DNA of 64,000 bases from an uncultured Chitinophagaceae bacterium (GCA_964465185.1 CAYXKX010000003.1:1527-65526); one strand, 5' to 3'. Positions 27,872-36,211 are shown, numbered from the stretch's first letter. The notes: a model not told the origin generated them from the sequence alone. Program-made: numbers and translations.

Positions 27872-30481
27872 ATGAAAATTGAAGAATTCCTAAATTATAG
27901 AAAAGAATTACTCGACAGTTCAAAAGACGAAGAGGGATTTGTTCAGCAAACACAATTGTTGAGTCAGATTCTTCCTTTAATGGTTGATGCTAAATTGCTC
28001 GATTCAGAAGACTGGAATGATTCATATTTCTTGAATACTGCTGAGAACTTAAAGTTGAATGGTTATACAGTTAACGAATCATCAGAAAGATTGCAGTTAT
28101 TCATTGTTGATGAATCAAGTATTGACCTTACTTCATCTGATAAAGATTTACAAATCTCGACTAAAAGCCATTATGACAATCAGTTTAAGAGAGTCACAAA
28201 GTTTTTGAATAAAGCAATTAAGGGATTTTTGAATGATGATGTTCAGGATGCAGATCCAATCAGACCATTGTTATCTCAACTTTCATCCGCAAGAGGTGCA
28301 GAGCAGTTTGATGTAATAGAAATATTTTTAGTTAGCACTACTGCCACAACTGAAACTCGTGGCTCAATTCCACAGCCAAAGAGGATAGAGTTTGAGGATG
28401 AGAACATTTCAGTGGGTTTTACCAGAAACAGAGTAAGAATAAATAAAGAATTACTCATCATTAAGAAACTAGTTGACTTAAACTTTTTGTATGATGTTTT
28501 GATTTCTCAAGGTAACAGAGAAGCTCTTGTAATTGATTTCGAAAAATTGTTTGACTACAAAATTGAAGTAATTAAAGCAGCAGAAGAAGAAAACTTTGAA
28601 TCTTATCTATGTGTTCTACCAGCAAACATTCTTTCTGACCTTTACAAAAGATACAGTTCAAGATTACTTGAAAAAAATGTGCGGTCATTTCTACAGTTTA
28701 AGGGAGCAAACAAAGGAATAAGAGAAACGATAAGAGTAAGCCCCGAAAAATTTATTGCTTTCAATAACGGAATTACAATAACATCATCAGCAAAAGAAAT
28801 TGAATCCAAAAATGGCAAAATGTTTATCAAATCCTTAACGGATTTTCAAATTGTAAATGGCGGCCAAACAACTGCAAGTATCTACTTCACTCAAAAGGAT
28901 GGATTTTCAATTGACAAGGTCAAGATAATGGCCAAGATTAATGTTGCACGCGATGTAACAGAGGAAGGGTTAGATTCTTTGATTTCTGATATAAGTAGAT
29001 ATTCAAATTCTCAGACCAAGGTTTCAAATGTTGACTTAAGTTCAAGAAGTCCGCAACTGAATAAAATCAAAGCACTTTCCGAAAGCATTATTACGCCTTC
29101 TGGAAGAAAATGGTTCTTTGAAAAATCAAGAGGCGAGTTTAATACCAAGCTAAGAATTGCAGGCTCAAACAAAGCAAGAATTGAAAAAGAATATCCAAAG
29201 AATTATCGTTTCTCCAAGGAGCAATTAGGCAAGTATTTTACTGCCTGGGGAGACCAACCATATGTTGTAAAAAAGGGTGGTGAAAAAGTATTCAGATATT
29301 TTTTGGAAGAAATAACAGGCGAGTTACGGGGCAAGAAAGTAGTCAATGTAAACCGTGATTTTTACGAAGATTTAATTTCTAAAATCATTCTGTTTACCCA
29401 ACTAGAAAAAATTTATGGCCAAGGGAAACATTCAATGGGGCAAATAAGGTCAGCAGTTGTGCCTTATGCTATTTCAATAATCTACATTTATACTGATGGT
29501 GCAAAAGATGGAAAGCAATTTGATCTATCCAAGATTTGGAAGAAAGAGAAACTTGAAGATGACCTAGTAACATTTTTTACAGAGTTAATGGAACTAATGA
29601 ATGGCTTAATTAAAAATTATTCGGAAAGCGATGACTATGGTGAGTATGCGAAGAACAAAAAGTTGTGGGAAAACATATCGGTTTCTAAAGAAATTCTGAA
29701 ATTCATGACTTCAAAAATTTCTCAGCAGATACTTGGCAAATATTCCATAGCTGTTAAAGAGAAAAAAAATGGAGAGAGAGCAGAAGTTGATTTTGAAAAA
29801 ATACAATTAAACATTGATGTTCTTTCTAAAGGGATGGAGTTTTACAATCAACTCAGTAACCAATATGATAGGCTTTCAAAGTTACAAGAGAAGAAAATGG
29901 ACATAATTATCTCTTCAATTATAAAGTTGGAAGATTTAAGCGGAGAACTTTTAAGATTTGAGAGTAATCTTATGAACGAGATACGAAAAAATAATCCTGA
30001 GATTTTTGACAAAATAACTGCTCCATACAATCATCAGATTGAAAGCACCTTGAAGCTTATCATTTTGAAATATAATCAAGCAGTTGATAAAGGAATTGGA
30101 ATAATTGATTTTTTCAAGACTATTATGCAGAAACCTTCTGAGGACATAAACAATTTAACATCAGTGTTTGACAAGATTGCACTTCAACTTTCAAAAGGGG
30201 TTGCCCCTTCAGTTAAAGACATTCACTTAGCATCAAAATATTTTAACAAGGAATTAGACTCTACGAAAGCAGAAATTCCCAAAAATTCAGACCAAGAAAT
30301 AAATTTAAATGTATTAAAACAGATGGTGGATTGGGATTCCAGAATGAAAATTTTGTCTACAGGAGAAAGGGCATACATAGCTGATTTAGCTTATGAACTC
30401 AAGCCGCTTAATGAATTTCATAAAACAAATGCGGAAAAACATTTGAAAACATTATTGAAAGTTGGATTAAAATTGAGTTGA
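27872..30481 (+). CDS. AIPR (abortive infection phage resistance) family protein
   Basis: Central region FNNGITITS...FQIVNGGQTTASIY matches the conserved AIPR core. 869 aa. It starts 2 nt after the PD-(D/E)XK gene stop. Confidence 0.8.
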   Translation: MKIEEFLNYRKELLDSSKDEEGFVQQTQLLSQILPLMVDAKLLDSEDWNDSYFLNTAENLKLNGYTVNESSERLQLFIVDESSIDLTSSDKDLQISTKSHYDNQFKRVTKFLNKAIKGFLNDDVQDADPIRPLLSQLSSARGAEQFDVIEIFLVSTTATTETRGSIPQPKRIEFEDENISVGFTRNRVRINKELLIIKKLVDLNFLYDVLISQGNREALVIDFEKLFDYKIEVIKAAEEENFESYLCVLPANILSDLYKRYSSRLLEKNVRSFLQFKGANKGIRETIRVSPEKFIAFNNGITITSSAKEIESKNGKMFIKSLTDFQIVNGGQTTASIYFTQKDGFSIDKVKIMAKINVARDVTEEGLDSLISDISRYSNSQTKVSNVDLSSRSPQLNKIKALSESIITPSGRKWFFEKSRGEFNTKLRIAGSNKARIEKEYPKNYRFSKEQLGKYFTAWGDQPYVVKKGGEKVFRYFLEEITGELRGKKVVNVNRDFYEDLISKIILFTQLEKIYGQGKHSMGQIRSAVVPYAISIIYIYTDGAKDGKQFDLSKIWKKEKLEDDLVTFFTELMELMNGLIKNYSESDDYGEYAKNKKLWENISVSKEILKFMTSKISQQILGKYSIAVKEKKNGERAEVDFEKIQLNIDVLSKGMEFYNQLSNQYDRLSKLQEKKMDIIISSIIKLEDLSGELLRFESNLMNEIRKNNPEIFDKITAPYNHQIESTLKLIILKYNQAVDKGIGIIDFFKTIMQKPSEDINNLTSVFDKIALQLSKGVAPSVKDIHLASKYFNKELDSTKAEIPKNSDQEINLNVLKQMVDWDSRMKILSTGERAYIADLAYELKPLNEFHKTNAEKHLKTLLKVGLKLS

Positions 30482-30485
30482 ATTG

Positions 30486-30511
30486 AAAAAACCCTCCGCA
30501 CTTGCGCAGAG
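30486..30511 (-). terminator. Candidate rho-independent terminator (minus strand)
   Basis: On the minus strand: CTCTGC-gcaagt-GCGGAG (6-bp stem including one G-U pair) followed by GGTTTTTT. It abuts the AIPR stop codon. Confidence 0.35.
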
Positions 30512-30754
30512 TTAAGCAAAGCGGTCCCTGTGCCATCCATAACCCCTCCTGCTCCCCATCTGACCTATGTCTATAGCCATTTATTGATCGATTAGTACTA
30601 AGCGACGTAGCATGAATTTGTATGAATAATTGCTTGAAGTTTTTTATATTTGTAACGGACCAGATTCTGGGTCTTAAGTTCCTTTTGCCAGAAAGTAGAA
30701 TATTTTAGACTTTGCTTATTATTACATTTAAAGGTTTAAAATGATTTGAATCGC

Positions 30755-32116
30755 TTACTCTTCCATCACTTCCTTCCATAGAAAATCATAGAGTTTCAGC
30801 ACACCCAGCGTGTCCTGTCGGCAGTAGATGAGCATATTCTCGAGGACTTTTTCACGAAGCAGTTCGTCTGTGATAGAGGCTAGCTCGGCATATTGCTGGC
30901 TGGTCTCCATGCCATGGGATATTTCCAGATCGTCATAGTTCATTCCCTCCACATAGGCGGGGAGCACTGTCTTGAGCGAAGCACTGTGCGCGGTCTTATT
31001 CGTTCGATAATGGTTTCTGAATATGGGCAGGAGGTCTACTAGTTGCTCCTGGATTCTGGTCAGATCGTCCGTATAATGCGGAAAGTCTAGTATGAGTCCA
31101 TTGATGCAGGCTCTCTCAAAATTCACATTATAGCACAGCGCATGGTGTCCATGCTGGAAATCCGCTATCATCTGCTGAATCAGCGCTTCTCGGGGGTCGT
31201 TCAGCCCATCGCCTATGAAATCGTAGTAGATAGGCTCGCTCTCTGCGGATGCTTTGTAGATAAGCGAATACTGGAAAGGAATCTGCTGATAAGGACTGGA
31301 TCTATCATAGAGGGGTACTCCGGGCATGACCGTCTCGAAATCGAAGGAATAGAGTGGATACTGAACCTTATGGAGAAACTCTGCTATCTTCTCTTTTTCA
31401 TAGGTAATCAATTCATCCGGATTCCAATCACTGGCGATCTCCTCCTCTATTTCATCGAGAATCAGACCAGTGCAGTAGTTCATAAACTCACATCCATAAG
31501 GCTTGGAGCACTGCGGACCCATTTCTACTTCTGGTTCTTCCCCTTTGAGCACTTGGATGAGCTCTGGTATTCGGTTCGCGATTTCCTGCTGATAGTCCTC
31601 CATCTGATCTAGAACAGTATCACTCGTAAATAGTTTATGTACATCCAAGTCACCCTGCCGCTTATAATCCCGGTTGAAATGCATGACACGCACATCAGCA
31701 ATAGGATAGCCTAGATGTTTCAGAACATAATACTGAATAGCGACATCCTCTATATGCTCCGCTTTGGTGCTATTCGTGCTTTTCACTTCATAAATAATAT
31801 ATCCAGCAGGTGTTTTGTGGAGAATATCGATAGCTACGAGTACTTGATTATGAATAAATGTGGCTTCGTAAATAGTCTCCACGCCCTCTGCAATCAGCTC
31901 TAGCGTTCGCTCGGCTGTTTTAGCTGTGGGATAGTCATCTTCCAGTGCGAGTATACCGCCGGGGAAATAAGACTGCGCCAAGGTGCCTACATCGGTGCCC
32001 GCCTGAAATATGGCTTGCTGCGCTTCTGAAATTTCGGCTTCTTCGCGCTTGTAGCGGCTTAACCAGAGCGCTTTAACGCATTTTTTTCCTTTGAGAATTC
32101 TAGATTTTGATAACAT
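30755..32116 (-). CDS. DUF2779-type protein: Cas4-like PD-(D/E)XK nuclease fused to DnaQ-like exonuclease fold
   Basis: N-terminal half has D...YEVKS plus Cys at position 13 and a CSKPYGCEFMNYC cluster (4-Cys, Cas4/AddB-like). C-terminal half has FDFET (ExoI-like DxE) and CRQDT motifs. Confidence 0.8.
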   Translation of the reverse strand: MLSKSRILKGKKCVKALWLSRYKREEAEISEAQQAIFQAGTDVGTLAQSYFPGGILALEDDYPTAKTAERTLELIAEGVETIYEATFIHNQVLVAIDILHKTPAGYIIYEVKSTNSTKAEHIEDVAIQYYVLKHLGYPIADVRVMHFNRDYKRQGDLDVHKLFTSDTVLDQMEDYQQEIANRIPELIQVLKGEEPEVEMGPQCSKPYGCEFMNYCTGLILDEIEEEIASDWNPDELITYEKEKIAEFLHKVQYPLYSFDFETVMPGVPLYDRSSPYQQIPFQYSLIYKASAESEPIYYDFIGDGLNDPREALIQQMIADFQHGHHALCYNVNFERACINGLILDFPHYTDDLTRIQEQLVDLLPIFRNHYRTNKTAHSASLKTVLPAYVEGMNYDDLEISHGMETSQQYAELASITDELLREKVLENMLIYCRQDTLGVLKLYDFLWKEVMEE

Positions 32117-32134
32117 ATTCGCTTTTTTGTTTCA

Positions 32135-32171
32135 CAAAATTAGAGCTAAACTAGGACAAAACATGTCGTTG
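32135..32171 (-). promoter_or_regulatory. Promoter of the DUF2779 gene with shared extended architecture
   Basis: Read on the minus strand: AACGACA-tgttt-TGTCC-N11-TAATTTTG, ending 18 nt before the ATG (32116). Confidence 0.45.
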
Positions 32172-32203
32172 ATAAAATTTAGTTTGTATGATAGATAATA
32201 TCA

Positions 32204-32281
32204 CTCTCGCCATTCAAGGTCTTTCGACCTTGTATTATTTATCCTGTTTAGTTCTATTACCTATTTTTTTTGCTATCCTTG
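32204..32281. repeat. Direct repeat copy B (contains palindromic unit P1)
   Basis: 78 nt, 75/79 match to 17674-17752. Confidence 0.9.
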
Positions 32282-32286
32282 TTTTT

Positions 32287-32310
32287 AGTCAAGGTGGTAA
32301 CACCTTGACT
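32287..32310. repeat. Palindromic unit P2 (AGTCAAGGTGG-taa-CACCTTGACT)
   Basis: Near-identical copy at 50285-50308. Confidence 0.8.
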
Positions 32311-32493
32311 GGCTAGGAGTTCATTATTACTTTCTGAAATCATGAGCTAGTATCTTGTAAATCTAGTTTAGAAACATATAGAATAATATTTACATTTGTT
32401 TCTATTAAAACTTCAATAAGTCATTAGTTTCTCTAAACTTAAGAAGCATCATTAGTCGGTAAAATTTCTATTTTTAACCTTAAACAACTTAGT

Positions 32494-33111
32494 ATGTTAT
32501 CCATCACACAAATGAAAGCGGTGCTACCTCGATTGAATTGGGAAAAAGCACAATTGTACATTCCTTCTATCCCTGTGGTTTTGCCGAAATTCGGCATTGA
32601 CACTCCCCTGCGCAAGGCGCATTTTATGGCGCAAATGGCCCATGAAAGCGGTGCCCTTCAATATTCACAGGAAAACCTGAACTATTCTGCACAGGGCTTG
32701 CGGAGTGTTTTTGGAAAATATTTCCCCACCTTAGACTTGGCCAATAAGTATACCCGAAAACCTGAAAAAATAGCTAACAGGGTATATGCCAGCAGAATGG
32801 GCAATGGGAATGAAGCCAGTGGCGATGGTTGGAAATACAGAGGGCGAGGCTTGATTCAGCTCACTGGTAAAGAAAACTATCTCAAGTTTAGTCAGGAAAA
32901 TGGCATCGATTGTGTGAAGAATCCGGATCTACTCCTTCAGCCAGAATGGGCCTTGACATCAGCCTGTTGGTTTTGGAAGAAAAAGAACTTGAATGATTTC
33001 GCCGATAAAGATGATATCATTATGGTCACAAAACGTATCAATGGAGGTACCCATGGTCTGAACGACCGACAGCAGTATCTCGATTCATTTAAACAAATCT
33101 ATCAGATTTAA
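32494..33111 (+). CDS. Glycoside hydrolase family 19 (chitinase class I / lysozyme-like)
   Basis: HFMAQMAHESGALQYSQENLNYS and YRGRGLIQLTGKENY are the GH19 catalytic-core motifs common in phage-type endolysins. Confidence 0.85.
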   Translation: MLSITQMKAVLPRLNWEKAQLYIPSIPVVLPKFGIDTPLRKAHFMAQMAHESGALQYSQENLNYSAQGLRSVFGKYFPTLDLANKYTRKPEKIANRVYASRMGNGNEASGDGWKYRGRGLIQLTGKENYLKFSQENGIDCVKNPDLLLQPEWALTSACWFWKKKNLNDFADKDDIIMVTKRINGGTHGLNDRQQYLDSFKQIYQI

Positions 33112-33144
33112 TAGGACAATCGCAGACTAAACTAGTCTTTATTC

Positions 33145-35697
33145 CTATCCGCATTTCGATGCCCCACAATCTTTGCAAGTCAGACAACCTTCTAAGTATT
33201 GCTGATTGACAGAGCCACAGTTGGGGCATTTCGATTTCTGAACTAAGGTGCCATCAGGTACATAGCGCTTCAGGGCTCTCACCACCCCGTTTTTCCAAGT
33301 ATTGATAGACTCATCCAGTTGCAGACTAGTGATGAGGTCTACGACATTTTCTATGGGCATACCGTGTCTCAGTGTACCAGAGATTAGCTTGGCGTAGTTC
33401 CAGTACTCCGGATTGAATTTGTGAGACAATCCTTCGATCGTCGTCTTATATCCCCTCTGATTTTTATACTGAAAATCATAGCGCGAACTTCCATCTGCTT
33501 CTTTGCTCTTGATAATAGTTCCTTCATTGACCCAGCGCGGAAGTATGATGCCATCTTCATCGTCATTCAGTCCGGTGAATATTTCGTATGGCTTATCCTC
33601 TATCAGTCCGATGAAGGCTATCCATTTGTCTTTGTTGTTTTGAAAGCGCACGACATCGGCATTTAAAGTGACAGGGCGCTGCAGTGGAAATAGGCTGGAC
33701 GATTCAGCGTCCACTTCTTTTTTCTTTTCCTCATTGCTGATTAGAACACCCGATCTGGAGCCGTCTCGATAGACTGTGACCCCTTTACATCCCGATTTCC
33801 ATGCCTCCATAAAGCATTCAGCCACCGTCTCTTCCGTCACCTCATGTGGCATATTGATCGTGACACTGATAGAGTGATCCACCCATTTCTGAATCGCACC
33901 TTGCATTTTTACTTTTTTCAGGTAATCTATATCATTGGACGTGGCTTTGTAATAGGGTGATTTTTTTACGAGTTCATCCAATTCTTCCTGACTTAGTCTC
34001 TTATTTGCATCATGACCATTCACTTCCATCCATTGATTAAACCCGTGATGGAAGACTAGATATTCTTCCCAGGAATCACCCAGTTCGTCTACAAAATCGA
34101 TTCGAGCATTCTTATCATTTGGATTTACTTTTCGGCGTCGTTTGTACACAGGCATAAACACGGGCTCTATGCCTGAACTCGTCTGTGACATTAAGCTAGT
34201 AGTGCCTGTCGGTGCAATAGTGAGAAGGGCAATATTTCTTCTCCCATAAGTTTCCATCTCAAAGTATAGCTGTTCGTCCGCTTCCTTCAAGCGTTGTATA
34301 AAGGGATTTTCTCGTTCGAGATTCGCATCAAATAATTCAAATGGACCTCTCTCCTTCGCAGTGTGGACGGAAGCTCGATATGCTTCCAAGGCGATCGTTT
34401 TATGGATGTCCACGGAGAAGGCTATCCCTTCATCACTGCCGTACTGCAGACCAAGAGCGGCGAGCATATCTCCTTCTGCAGTGATGCCTATACCCGTGCG
34501 TCTTCCTTGTTTTGCTTTTTCTTTTATTTTTAACCAGAGATTTATTTCTCTGCGTTTGACTTCTTTGTCTTCAGGATCTTTATCGAGTTTATCGAGAATT
34601 ACATCGATTTTCTCTAGCTCTAGATCGATGATATCATCCATGATGCGCTGTGCATAAGCGATATGCTGCTTGAATAAATCCTGATTGAAATATGCTATTT
34701 GGGTATATGGATGCTCCACATACGAAAATAAATTAATCGCCAGCAATCGACAGGAATCATAAGGGCATAATGGAATTTCTCCGCAGGGATTGGTAGAGAC
34801 CGTTTTGAACCCAAAACTGGAATAGCAATCGGGCAAAGACTCCTTGATAATGGTATCCCAAAATAAAATACCAGGCTCTGCCGATTTCCATGCATTGTGT
34901 ACTATTTTTTTCCACAGAAGAGTGGCATCGACATCTCTCTTAACCCTAGGTGTCTCAGCGGTGACAGGAAATTGTTGTGTATAGGGTTTCTGTTGTTCGA
35001 CAGCCTTCATAAATTGGTCGTCTATGCGCACGGAGATATTCGCTCCGGTGACTTTTCCCTGTTCGAGTTTGGCATCGATAAAATCCTCGGCATCTGGATG
35101 TGCTATAGATACGGAGAGCATCAATGCCCCTCGTCTACCATCCTGTGCTACCTCACGTGTAGAGTTGGAATAGCGCTCCATAAATGGTACAAGTCCTGTG
35201 GAAGTCAGGGCTGAATTCTTTACTGGAGAGCCCTTGGGGCGGATATGCGAAAGGTCTTGGCCTACACCCCCTCGGCGCTTCATAAGCTGCACCTGCTCTT
35301 CATCTAGTTTCATTATTCCTCCGTATGAATCCGAATCTTCTTCGTTTCCAATGACAAAACAATTGGATAGAGAGGCAATCTGATATGGATTCCCGATGCC
35401 TGTCATAGGGCTGCCCTGTGGAATAATATATTTAAAATCCTTCATCAATTCGAAGATGATCTCTTCGGACACTGGATTGGGATAATTCAATTCTATGCGC
35501 GCAAGTTCTCGAGCAATCCTACGGTGCATATCATCAGGGGTTTTTTCGTAAATATTACCTAAAGAATCCTTCAAAGCATATTTATTTAGCCAGACTCTCG
35601 CGGCCAAATCATCCTCCTTAAAATATTTGAAACTGGCATTGAAAGCCTCCTCTTGAGTGTAGCTTAGTTTATTTATTACTATATCTTCAGTTTGCAT
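33145..35697 (-). CDS. nrdJ: Adenosylcobalamin-dependent (class II) ribonucleoside-diphosphate reductase
   Basis: YTQEEAF...LAARVWLNKYALKD N-terminus, the NPCGEIPL active-site loop, TIAPTGTTS, and a C-terminal zinc ribbon CPNCGS...CLTCKDCGASKCG. The track ORF starts at TTG 35742; I prefer the ATG at 35697. Confidence 0.9.
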   Translation of the reverse strand: MQTEDIVINKLSYTQEEAFNASFKYFKEDDLAARVWLNKYALKDSLGNIYEKTPDDMHRRIARELARIELNYPNPVSEEIIFELMKDFKYIIPQGSPMTGIGNPYQIASLSNCFVIGNEEDSDSYGGIMKLDEEQVQLMKRRGGVGQDLSHIRPKGSPVKNSALTSTGLVPFMERYSNSTREVAQDGRRGALMLSVSIAHPDAEDFIDAKLEQGKVTGANISVRIDDQFMKAVEQQKPYTQQFPVTAETPRVKRDVDATLLWKKIVHNAWKSAEPGILFWDTIIKESLPDCYSSFGFKTVSTNPCGEIPLCPYDSCRLLAINLFSYVEHPYTQIAYFNQDLFKQHIAYAQRIMDDIIDLELEKIDVILDKLDKDPEDKEVKRREINLWLKIKEKAKQGRRTGIGITAEGDMLAALGLQYGSDEGIAFSVDIHKTIALEAYRASVHTAKERGPFELFDANLERENPFIQRLKEADEQLYFEMETYGRRNIALLTIAPTGTTSLMSQTSSGIEPVFMPVYKRRRKVNPNDKNARIDFVDELGDSWEEYLVFHHGFNQWMEVNGHDANKRLSQEELDELVKKSPYYKATSNDIDYLKKVKMQGAIQKWVDHSISVTINMPHEVTEETVAECFMEAWKSGCKGVTVYRDGSRSGVLISNEEKKKEVDAESSSLFPLQRPVTLNADVVRFQNNKDKWIAFIGLIEDKPYEIFTGLNDDEDGIILPRWVNEGTIIKSKEADGSSRYDFQYKNQRGYKTTIEGLSHKFNPEYWNYAKLISGTLRHGMPIENVVDLITSLQLDESINTWKNGVVRALKRYVPDGTLVQKSKCPNCGSVNQQYLEGCLTCKDCGASKCG

Positions 35698-35840
35698 TTT
35701 GGGAAATTTTTTGATTTTCAGATCGACATCAAAGTTACTCAATTTGTAATTTTATACAATACCCATCTTTGGTAAAGTTTCAAAATAAATTTATTAATAT
35801 ATTGATATACATGTGTTTGAAATTTTATAAAACTAAAAAT

Positions 35841-35860
35841 GTTGACAAATATTTATCAAC
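35841..35860. promoter_or_regulatory. 20-bp near-perfect palindrome GTTGACAAATATTTATCAAC upstream of nrdJ
   Basis: 9 of 10 positions are self-complementary. It lies about 145 nt upstream of the preferred nrdJ ATG. Confidence 0.3.
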
Positions 35861-36211
35861 AAGCGTGTAGAATAAATCAAACAGATTTCAAAAAAATAAA
35901 ATAAATTCTTGAGCAAATTGATCTAAAGTATTGAGAAAAAGATGAGTCTAGTTCGCTCCTATATTGATTGTATATTTATAATAGGGACATAAATATATCT
36001 CTACTCCAGATACAAAATTCTGTATTTGGATAAGTCCAAACCCTTTTCGTTTTTTGGTTCAACTGAAAGGACAAAGCTTGACTTTCTTAATATATAAATA
36101 CGTTTAACCCCCAAGCTAGATTTTGTATTTCTAATGCGTAATCTGGGTTTAAATAATGCTAGGTAACTAGCGCTAGTATTTAAATTTAATAATCATAGAT
36201 GAATATTTTTT

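Larger units (their letters stand above)
17674..32281. mobile_element. Putative genomic island bounded by 79/78-nt direct repeats (no integrase seen)
   Basis: Same-orientation repeats at 17674-17752 and 32204-32281 (75/79 identical) bracket all accessory genes: KilA-N, the dcm cassette and DUF2779. Confidence 0.45.

Noticed and set aside
31142-31612. Nested antisense ORFs inside long genes (also 13575-13925, 22246-22632, 25968-26360, 34361-34657, 49857-50213, 59308-59682 and the many 60-90 aa track entries)
   Set aside because: Each lies entirely within, and opposite to, a well-supported CDS with clear family motifs. Their sequences are low-complexity mirror translations.
17674-32281. Classifying the island as a prophage or an integrative conjugative element
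   Set aside because: There are no capsid, terminase, tail, integrase, relaxase or type IV secretion genes. Only a KilA-N gene and a nearby GH19 gene hint at phage ancestry.
35698-36211. Cobalamin riboswitch or canonical NrdR boxes upstream of nrdJ
   Set aside because: I could not find the B12-box core (GCCACTG, i.e. CAGTGGC on the + strand). I also found no good match to the NrdR palindrome as I remember it. Only a different 20-bp palindrome is present, and it is reported separately at low confidence.
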